Shown piece after piece: positions 9,766 through 17,010 of a stretch of DNA of 64,000 nucleotides (the stretch's first letter is position 1; each line of letters starts with the position of its first letter). The position numbers were made by a program, and so were the translations under genes. The notes beneath the pieces were generated by a model. That model was not told the origin of the DNA. It did no database searches and saw only the letters and a list, made by a program, of their open reading frames with translations. This DNA comes from an uncultured Alphaproteobacteria bacterium (lineage in GTDB: Bacteria; Pseudomonadota; Alphaproteobacteria; Rhodobacterales; Rhodobacteraceae), in NCBI GenBank assembly GCA_902531755.1, contig CACAFI010000002.1, positions 12,321 to 76,320 of the forward strand, given 5' to 3'.

Positions 9766-10938
9766 TCAAATATTTTTATGATTTTTTCTTATCAAAATAG
9801 TGATTATCCAGAATCTGGATTGTAAATAAAAAATCGGCGAGAGTAACAGTTTATCTAGCCTAAGGATATATCTTAAAGTGATAACTATCAATGGGTTAAG
9901 TTTCCAAAGATACAACATTAAGACACCTTTAGGCTTGTGAGTTTTTTTCATAATCGACAACTCTCCTTTTAATGGTAGAAACAGTGTTTTCATGTCAAAA
10001 GAGTTTTTGCCGAAGCAATTATAAGAATAACTCTCAATATACTTTCCAAAAAAATATTCAATCAATTTCTTTTCATTAAATGAAATTTCTGATTTCCAGC
10101 GATTTATTACTTCTAAGGATTTTCCTTGCACAGGTTTGCCGGATGAACTATTTCCCAACCAGGGGTGACCACCAAGAGTACTTTCATTCAAACACGGCTT
10201 AAAAGATATTTTCAGCCAGTCTGCAAGACTACTAACTGTAGTCTCATAGTCTGAATGCAAGTCTTCATTTTTCAACCGAAACCATTTTTCTTTTTTTCTC
10301 ACAAAAGAAAATCTTTCAATTTGTTGATAATCGAGTTTTAAATCTTTAATAGCTTTTATTAAGAGGTTGGAATATCCCAATCGTCTTCTTTGAACAAAAT
10401 TACCATTAGAATTAAGAATTTGTTTTTTTATTGACATAAAATTTGCCCTGGGATCTCTTACGATTTCTATAAATTTAGAATTTTGAAAGTCTTTTGCTAA
10501 TTGGTTTAACATTGTCGCTCTTCCTGGAAACTCGATAATTACCTTTATTTTATTAAGATCCTGTCCGATGGTTATTCCATATGCTTCATGCAACGCATAG
10601 AAAACATTCAATTTTGATAGTCCGTCTCTCTTCAGTAAGCTTTTGAAAGATTTCTTATATTGTTCAATGTCGCAATTGGAAAATTTTTCTGTTCCCGATT
10701 GCACTCCATAGAGAATTCCTGTTTTGAAGTTTGAGATTTTTGTTTTAGTTGTCCAAACATAAACCATTTCATCAAGGCTCAGATCTCTTCCCTCACAAAG
10801 ATATTCCCAATTAATACTGAACTTCAATTCCATAGGTAGCATGAGTATTTCTGGATGAGAGTCGAGGATGCTTTGGACAAATCCACCACCAGCTCTTCCT
10901 GGACAAATCAAAAAACCTATTGGCAAAGATTTTAGCAA
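9766..10938 (-). CDS. Sulfotransferase-fold protein with hydrophobic C-terminal tail (divergent 5'-PSB loop)
   Basis: The N-terminal loop CPGRAGGGFVQSILDSHPEI sits where the PAPS 5'-phosphosulfate loop is expected. A 3'-phosphate motif IEIVRDPRANFMS is present. The C-terminal ~50 aa are hydrophobic. TTG start. Paralog of 32528..33688. Confidence 0.65.
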   Translation of the reverse strand: MLKSLPIGFLICPGRAGGGFVQSILDSHPEILMLPMELKFSINWEYLCEGRDLSLDEMVYVWTTKTKISNFKTGILYGVQSGTEKFSNCDIEQYKKSFKSLLKRDGLSKLNVFYALHEAYGITIGQDLNKIKVIIEFPGRATMLNQLAKDFQNSKFIEIVRDPRANFMSIKKQILNSNGNFVQRRRLGYSNLLIKAIKDLKLDYQQIERFSFVRKKEKWFRLKNEDLHSDYETTVSSLADWLKISFKPCLNESTLGGHPWLGNSSSGKPVQGKSLEVINRWKSEISFNEKKLIEYFFGKYIESYSYNCFGKNSFDMKTLFLPLKGELSIMKKTHKPKGVLMLYLWKLNPLIVITLRYILRLDKLLLSPIFYLQSRFWIITILIRKNHKNI

Positions 10939-10945
10939 TCTGCCG

Positions 10946-11671
10946 CTACCATAGTCTTTTCAAAGAGGAGTAATAAGACAAATCACTCTCACTATCCACT
11001 TCATACCAAGAATCCCCAATGGGTATTGCGGATATGGTAATACCTGCATTTAGTAGCCTTCTTAAAAGAGTAGTAATATCCATTCCCATTTTTTCTTCAA
11101 AAGAAAATTCGTTTATAATACTCAAAATTTCTTGCCACCCAATAGGCTCAATCTTGAATAACCCCATGAATTGACCCTCTATTTCCTTCAAATTCTTAGG
11201 TTTTCTTCCTATATCTGTAAGAAGTCCTTGAGAATTAATTTTAAAACTTTCAGCGTCAGATAATGGGTTAGTAAATCTTTTTGACCAAAGAGAGAACCAG
11301 TTTTTATCATAGGCCATTCCAATTGGGTCTTTTAGGATTTTTAATCTTTTGACGGCATCGCGGGAATATACAATATCCGAATAACTTATAATGCATGAAT
11401 ACTTTTCCAGCCAGTCCCTAGCAGTTAATAAAGAAGCCAAGATATTTGAGTTTTGCCAATTGCTATTTACAAAATATCGTAAATCTTCGGAAAACATTTG
11501 CCTTTTGTATCCGGTAACAATTGCGATTTCCTTAATTCCGGCACCTCGAAGCGAACTTAATTGCCAGTCAATTAATCTTTTCCCATGTAGTTCTATAAAG
11601 CATTTAGGTTGATTTATAGTGAGGTCTCGCATCCTACTACCTCGACCTGCTGCAAGTATAATAGCTTTCAT
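10946..11671 (-). CDS. Nucleotidyltransferase (cytidylyltransferase family; Cj1416-like candidate CTP:phosphoglutamine cytidylyltransferase)
   Basis: MKAIILAAGRGSRM...QPKCF NTP-transferase signature. Size is 241 aa. ATGA overlap with the upstream GATase gene. Confidence 0.75.
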   Translation of the reverse strand: MKAIILAAGRGSRMRDLTINQPKCFIELHGKRLIDWQLSSLRGAGIKEIAIVTGYKRQMFSEDLRYFVNSNWQNSNILASLLTARDWLEKYSCIISYSDIVYSRDAVKRLKILKDPIGMAYDKNWFSLWSKRFTNPLSDAESFKINSQGLLTDIGRKPKNLKEIEGQFMGLFKIEPIGWQEILSIINEFSFEEKMGMDITTLLRRLLNAGITISAIPIGDSWYEVDSESDLSYYSSLKRLW

Positions 11672-12288
11672 GCTTGACCATTAAACACAGAATTTAATCT
11701 TTCAATATCATACCTTCTAAATGTTTTAAAACGTTCCGGATGCCACATCCATCCTTCCCATGGTAAACTTTTATGCTCAATTGCTTCAATACAGCCATCG
11801 TTAGCACTGGCGAGTAAATTATAGTCATTTGGCATTTTTTTAAATGCAAACTTGTGAAAACTATTTACAACCCCCGATATTCGCCCAGTAACTTCGTGAA
11901 CTTTATTTGAATGATCATTAATTGGTTCCAGTACACCGCCACTCCTTGTTCCCAAAACTTGCATTCCCCTGCAAATTCCTAAAACAGGTAAATTACCTTT
12001 TTCTGCAAAATCTAAAAGCCAATTTTCGTTATCATCCCTTTCCTTGTTTTCTAATAAATCGTTCCCTCCAGAAAGAATAAATGCTGATAGGTCCAATTCC
12101 CTAACCCAACCGATTAACTCTTCCTGACGTTTACTGGTGTCTGAATTCATACTGAGTTTGTTTGGTATCGGTATTGGTAAAAAGCCAGATGTTTTTATAA
12201 AAGCGATTAATTTCTGATCTAAAGCATCTCGATATTCAGAACGATTTGGTTTGAAATCTATTCTCTGACTGACGCCAACCCGTCTCAA
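11668..12288 (-). CDS. Class I glutamine amidotransferase / peptidase C26 fold hydrolase (Cj1417-like candidate gamma-glutamyl-CDP-amidate hydrolase)
   Basis: Nucleophile elbow GICRGMQVL and WMWHPE His-Glu motif. The track ORF extends to 12348, 64 nt into the upstream gene. A TTG at 12288..12286 overlaps the upstream TGA (TTGA) and precedes the conserved RVGVSQR N-terminus, so I place the start there. Confidence 0.75.
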   Translation of the reverse strand: MRRVGVSQRIDFKPNRSEYRDALDQKLIAFIKTSGFLPIPIPNKLSMNSDTSKRQEELIGWVRELDLSAFILSGGNDLLENKERDDNENWLLDFAEKGNLPVLGICRGMQVLGTRSGGVLEPINDHSNKVHEVTGRISGVVNSFHKFAFKKMPNDYNLLASANDGCIEAIEHKSLPWEGWMWHPERFKTFRRYDIERLNSVFNGQA

Positions 12289-14600
12289 GCAAGGATCTCC
12301 ACTTTTCTGCTCGCACAGTCGATATGTAATTTTTGAGCATTCGACCAAAGATTATACAACGCTTCTCCGGCGCCGATTACAGCTGGTAACCCTAACTCTC
12401 CCGCTCTGATAGCCATATGAGAATTTGCGCCTCCCCAAGCAGTTATCAAGCCAGAAATAGGAAAGGAAAACAGCCAGTCAAAGCCTGGGTCTGCATTTTC
12501 AATACATACGATAGAACCTGACAGTTGCTCATGAGAAATGTTATTTAAGACACTAGCAGTGACTTGTTTTTGAGTAATAAAGTTTGGAACAGTATTTGGC
12601 CAATCAAAGGCCCAAACGTCTTCTGGTTTTACTATTAGTGGTGGTAATACTGTCTTTAAAGAATCTAAATAATTTTTTTTTCCTTCATCAATACTTCGAG
12701 ATAATATGTTTTTAATATTGGTTGCTGAAACATGAAGTTCTTTAAATATTTGAATATCACAATACGCAAGATCTTCGCGTGAATATCCATAAATCTCTCC
12801 AAATTTTTGGATATAGGATATTGCATCTGAAAGATTTCGCGTAAATTTAAATTTGGCTAACTCTCTTAATTCAATACCAGTTTTTATAAATTCTATTAAT
12901 CCCTGTGGATCAAGTTCGAGCCTATGAAACTTTATAAGTTCCTCAATTTCCTTTATTTGCCGTGAATTTGGAGCGAACGGACTTGATTTCTTGGCATTAG
13001 CTGGTTTCAAATCCCAGTTAAAGTAGAGTTCAGGTGACTCGTCATAACGTGGAGATGTTATATCATATGTTCCAGGTCTCAAATGACCGTAATGGGAAAG
13101 AAAATCTTGTTTATTTAGGCGAGTTCGGTCAGTAGCCATCTGGCTGTTAATGTTGACAAGACCCGTCATAAAAGCATCGAAGTCTTCTTTAGAGAAAACG
13201 TTTTTTGCTAATAAAGAATGAAGAAATTGTACGGCGATAAAGCCTACTCTTGCAAGTCCCGCAAAAGGCAAGGTACCGTATCGTTTCGTATCTTCTAGCA
13301 ACCAATAAATTTTCTCCAGACAATCCATATTTGATTGGTTTATAATTTTTCTTCTTTTCTCCAAAACATTAAGCTTTTTGGAGTCATTGAGCCACAATCC
13401 ATCTTTAGGATCTACAATCCTTTTTGTAAGTTTCCTTAAACTATCGGCTATCAAAACCAATTCTGAACTTGAAAAACCATCCTTTTTAAGCTCATCCAAA
13501 CGATCCTGTAAATCTAACGTATAACAAGAAAAAACAATATCAAACTCTATCTTATCATGAAGGTAGGGTTCTTTTAATAACCTATCAATATAATAATCGA
13601 TAAGACGTGCTGCTAAACCTTCATCTAAGGAAGCTGGAATAAATGAATTAAAGGACACGCGGACATCGATATAGGGTAATCCAAAAAAATGAGGCATCAA
13701 CGGAAAGCTTCTTAGATTGCGATATCCATAATTATGCCGTTGATATGCCCAAATTGAGTCAGTTACTAATTCTCGATAAAGAGAAAGAGCCAAAGGTTTT
13801 GGACGAATACCTACTATTTCTGCAGGATTCCAATCGGGCATCACACCATAAACAGTCCTTTTTCCCATTAAAAAAGGATGGGCTTGCATATTTTTAGATA
13901 GTTTTTGTTCTAATTGTAGGAGTCTTATTTTTTGTTCACTTTCCGTTTCAGGTTTTTTACCCAAGTAGAGTGGTCTAACTTGTAACAACCAGAGATCTTC
14001 TATCTCATTATTGAAGGTGGATGCAAATTCAACATCTAGTGGTTTATTAATAAAGATCTGCAAGAGTTCTTCAATAAGGTCTATAACTTGACCATGAACC
14101 TTTGGAATATTCTTAGTACATTTTGCAGCTTGTTGCCACATTTTACTATCTTGTCCGCCAGTAACAATTGCTGTATTATTTCCCTCAGACCAATTTATTA
14201 ACCTGTATGGCGTGCAAGTGTTCGGATCATGAGAAAAAGCAACACCTGAGCGTATGACATTTGTTAACATTCTCTGAACTAAAATTTGACTTTTATCTTC
14301 TTTTCCTTTGTAGCTTGCTATTACCTTTTCAATAGCCAAATTTAATTCGTTAAGGCGTAGGTTTGGAATAGACAAAAACTCACCGGCAGCTGAGTGCCCT
14401 TCTTGATCTTCAGTACAACAACTGGAACGTACTATCAATGGAAAGTCACCTAAATTTTTCTCAATCATTTTTAAACAAGCTATCGGATCAATTCGCCAAT
14501 CATCTACTGAAAAAAATACAAATTCAGGAATCGTTGCTTTTCTAACGATCTTTTTTAATTTATTAAGAGTGATAGCTTTAGTAGAAAATATTTGCGACAT
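12285..14600 (-). CDS. ATP-grasp (PPDK_N-type) + C-terminal phosphohistidine swivel-domain kinase lacking a PEP/pyruvate TIM barrel (Cj1418-like candidate L-glutamine kinase)
   Basis: N-terminal LIVRSSCCTEDQEGHSAAGEF. The mobile-domain motif GGANSHMAIRAGELGLPAVIG lies ~44 aa from the C-terminus. Size is 771 aa. Confidence 0.75.
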   Translation of the reverse strand: MSQIFSTKAITLNKLKKIVRKATIPEFVFFSVDDWRIDPIACLKMIEKNLGDFPLIVRSSCCTEDQEGHSAAGEFLSIPNLRLNELNLAIEKVIASYKGKEDKSQILVQRMLTNVIRSGVAFSHDPNTCTPYRLINWSEGNNTAIVTGGQDSKMWQQAAKCTKNIPKVHGQVIDLIEELLQIFINKPLDVEFASTFNNEIEDLWLLQVRPLYLGKKPETESEQKIRLLQLEQKLSKNMQAHPFLMGKRTVYGVMPDWNPAEIVGIRPKPLALSLYRELVTDSIWAYQRHNYGYRNLRSFPLMPHFFGLPYIDVRVSFNSFIPASLDEGLAARLIDYYIDRLLKEPYLHDKIEFDIVFSCYTLDLQDRLDELKKDGFSSSELVLIADSLRKLTKRIVDPKDGLWLNDSKKLNVLEKRRKIINQSNMDCLEKIYWLLEDTKRYGTLPFAGLARVGFIAVQFLHSLLAKNVFSKEDFDAFMTGLVNINSQMATDRTRLNKQDFLSHYGHLRPGTYDITSPRYDESPELYFNWDLKPANAKKSSPFAPNSRQIKEIEELIKFHRLELDPQGLIEFIKTGIELRELAKFKFTRNLSDAISYIQKFGEIYGYSREDLAYCDIQIFKELHVSATNIKNILSRSIDEGKKNYLDSLKTVLPPLIVKPEDVWAFDWPNTVPNFITQKQVTASVLNNISHEQLSGSIVCIENADPGFDWLFSFPISGLITAWGGANSHMAIRAGELGLPAVIGAGEALYNLWSNAQKLHIDCASRKVEILA

Positions 14601-14606
14601 GGAAAA

Positions 14607-15389
14607 TTAATCCTTGCGTTTTGCAGACCAAGCTCTTGTTAGATAGATTGCTTCAATAGTTTTTTTTGAAGAAACTTTGCTCTTTACAAAATCTAAAAAC
14701 TCATTAAATTTCTTTGGCCCTAATTGCCTCTGAAGATCATTTACTGAACGCCAAGCTCCCATATAGCGAGCAGGACTCATAGAAATAGTATGCCTACCCT
14801 CCAAATACACCACATCCTCAAAATATGGCGAAGACCAAAGCAGTTCTGTCAGATTTTCTGTAATACCTGATCTACCAGAAGACACCCTTTTAATATCAGG
14901 TTTCAAATTTTTAAGAAAGGCCTCTATCTCTAAAAATAATGGATTGCTCTCAACAAGTCGTGGATTCCATAATGCTGTAAAATAACCACCAGATTTTAGA
15001 AGGCGGTGAAACTCCTTTGTTGCTTGACCAAAATTTGCCCAATGAAAAGCAGAGGCCATCGTTATCCAATCAACCGAACTACTTTCCAGACTTATCTCTT
15101 CAGCTTTACCAGACTGCCATTCTATAGACATATCTCTACTGTCCAACTTTCCTCGCTGTAGCATTTCCTCATTAGGTTCTATTGCTTTAGCAGACTTTAC
15201 CCCACTCTGGTAGACCATACGTGTCCAAATGCCTGTTCCTGCACCTACATCTAGAAAATCAATGTCGTATGTATTTTTGTTCAAAAGACCAAACAATCCT
15301 CTTAATACAGACGGGCTATAATCGGGCCTATGTTCTGAGTAATCTTTTGATAAACCGCTAAAATCACCTGCTTTTATTATCTTAGTCAT
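14607..15389 (-). CDS. Class I SAM-dependent methyltransferase (Cj1419/Cj1420-like position)
   Basis: Motif I FLDVGAGTGIWT, then LLKSGGYF. Size is 260 aa. Confidence 0.8.
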   Translation of the reverse strand: MTKIIKAGDFSGLSKDYSEHRPDYSPSVLRGLFGLLNKNTYDIDFLDVGAGTGIWTRMVYQSGVKSAKAIEPNEEMLQRGKLDSRDMSIEWQSGKAEEISLESSSVDWITMASAFHWANFGQATKEFHRLLKSGGYFTALWNPRLVESNPLFLEIEAFLKNLKPDIKRVSSGRSGITENLTELLWSSPYFEDVVYLEGRHTISMSPARYMGAWRSVNDLQRQLGPKKFNEFLDFVKSKVSSKKTIEAIYLTRAWSAKRKD

Positions 15390-15399
15390 ATAATTTATT

Positions 15400-15960
15400 T
15401 TAACTCAATTTATTCATTAAATCGAAAGCAATATCAAATGCCTTCCGGTCTGGATGATAGTTAACCACCCAGTCCGGGGAAAAAGGCTCATCGACATCTA
15501 AATCAAGGCCGGCCACATTTTTTAATTCGCCGCTATTATAGCTACTATAGATTTGTTTTGAGTCTCTCCTTTGAAGTATGTCTAATGGAACATGTAGATA
15601 TACTTCAAAGTAGCTTTTTAGGTTCTTTCTATTCCAAATGTGTACCTCCTTAAAAAGTGAAATAGTTGCAATAACAACTATAAATCCCTGCTTAACCAGA
15701 AGCCGACCTACTTTGCTATATTGAAAAGCTAATTTAATCCGCTCATTCTTAGTATAACTACCCGCTTTTTCATGATCTAATCGCAAAATTTCTCTTAGGT
15801 CATCACCATCCAACAAAACTGCCTTCAAACCTTTTTTTTCCAACAGTGAAATAAAGTTCCTAGCAACGGTGGACTTACCTGAACCAGAAAGTCCTGTGAT
15901 CCATATTAACTTTTTTTTTAACACTTTATTTAGGCCTTCCAAATTTAACCGAACTTTCAT
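15400..15960 (-). CDS. APS-kinase-fold P-loop kinase, divergent (Cj1415-like candidate CDP-amidate 3'-kinase; alternatively CysC)
   Basis: LIWITGLSGSGKSTVA Walker A and VLLDGDDLR. The following region differs from the canonical CysC pattern retained by the second copy at 36789. Confidence 0.7.
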   Translation of the reverse strand: MKVRLNLEGLNKVLKKKLIWITGLSGSGKSTVARNFISLLEKKGLKAVLLDGDDLREILRLDHEKAGSYTKNERIKLAFQYSKVGRLLVKQGFIVVIATISLFKEVHIWNRKNLKSYFEVYLHVPLDILQRRDSKQIYSSYNSGELKNVAGLDLDVDEPFSPDWVVNYHPDRKAFDIAFDLMNKLS

Positions 15961-16020
15961 AGAGGAAAAAATGCTTTTTGAGAAGTGTATCTAATGTGTA
16001 TGACCCCAAAAAAAAATTAA

Positions 16021-16983
16021 TCATAATGCTGACTTATACCAAGAGACTGTTGTTTTTAACCCCTGAAGAAAATTATCTTCTTTTATATATCCCAGTGACC
16101 TAATCTTTGAGATGTCAGGGCAACGTCTAGTAGTTCCGCCCGATTTAAGAGTAGTTTGGCGGCAACTGACGTCTATATCTAATATTCGCGCTATTTCCTT
16201 TATAAGGCTTTTTATAGTAATTTCCTTATCAATTCCTATATGGTAGATTTCGCCTTTTGAACCTTTATCATACAGTGCAACCAATTGGTCTATTGCATCC
16301 TCTATGAAACAAAAAGCTCTCGTTTCTTCCCCAGAGCCCTGTATTTCAATTTCTGCATGTTTCAAACTCCACTTTTCTGAGGCTATGCGGAGCTTACTAA
16401 CAATCTCAGGGATAACATGCTCATTTCCCATATTAGGACCAAAAATATTATGAGGCCTAAAAATTATTTCACGAATATTTTTATTCCGAAGATAATTTAA
16501 TGTAAGTAACTCGCTGATCAATTTGCCTCCCGCGTAACTGAACCTCGGATTTAATACATTTGGTATTATGGCTCTTTCGTTTTCAGAGGTTGGAATATTC
16601 TCTGGTTGTTGATACACCTCAGAGGAGGAAGCCAGAATGTATGTACCAACTTTATGTTTTTCTGCGGCCTCCAGCGAATTCAATGCACCCTTTAAACCAA
16701 CATCGAGTACGAGTTCTGGTTTTTCATAAAAATATTTTGTGCCATTTATGAACGCGAGATGAAAAATCGTATCGCAGCCTGCTGCCGCATTTATAACGGT
16801 CTCCTTATCCCTGATATCACCCTCTAGATACTCTATTCTTGAGAAAATAGAATTTAAACGGCTTATACTTCCGCGATATCCATTATCTAATACAATAACT
16901 TCGTGACCCAAACCTACTAAACGCGTTACGAGGGCACTCCCTAGGAACCCTGCTCCACCGGTGACTAAAATCCTCTCAACCAA
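16021..16983 (-). CDS. NAD-dependent epimerase/dehydratase (extended SDR)
   Basis: ILVTGGAGFLGSALV Rossmann motif and catalytic YAGGK (YxxxK). TTG start 7 nt after an AAGGAG. Confidence 0.85.
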   Translation of the reverse strand: MVERILVTGGAGFLGSALVTRLVGLGHEVIVLDNGYRGSISRLNSIFSRIEYLEGDIRDKETVINAAAGCDTIFHLAFINGTKYFYEKPELVLDVGLKGALNSLEAAEKHKVGTYILASSSEVYQQPENIPTSENERAIIPNVLNPRFSYAGGKLISELLTLNYLRNKNIREIIFRPHNIFGPNMGNEHVIPEIVSKLRIASEKWSLKHAEIEIQGSGEETRAFCFIEDAIDQLVALYDKGSKGEIYHIGIDKEITIKSLIKEIARILDIDVSCRQTTLKSGGTTRRCPDISKIRSLGYIKEDNFLQGLKTTVSWYKSAL

Positions 16984-17010
16984 ACTGTTGCTCCTTATTA
17001 TTAAATACCA

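Noticed and set aside
12289-12348. 64-nt overlap between the GATase ORF and the upstream kinase ORF, as a sign of frameshift or pseudogene
   Set aside because: It is explained by ORF-track over-extension. A TTG at 12288 overlapping the upstream TGA gives a normal N-terminus.
12285-14600. Interpreting the 771-aa protein as PEP synthase/PPDK, or the cluster as a phosphonate (PEP mutase) pathway
   Set aside because: The phosphohistidine domain is at the very C-terminus, so the PEP/pyruvate-binding TIM barrel is absent. No PEP mutase or phosphonopyruvate decarboxylase-like ORF is present in the window.
12673-15919. A9 homopolymer tracts inside the glutamine-kinase-like gene (12673-12681) and the CDP-amidate-kinase-like gene (15911-15919), as possible slipped-strand phase-variation switches analogous to Campylobacter poly-G tracts
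   Set aside because: A/T runs of 8-11 nt are common throughout this AT- and Lys-rich window. Examples are 6652-6660, 40254-40264 inside maf, 44166-44175 and 48567-48575. Their presence here is therefore not distinctive.
15400-15960. Treating the first APS-kinase-like gene as a simple redundant cysC
   Set aside because: This is not fully excluded. However, a canonical cysC already sits with sat at 36789. This copy is more divergent after the P-loop, and it lies at the head of the block collinear with the Cj1419-Cj1416 cassette, so the Cj1415-like role is preferred.
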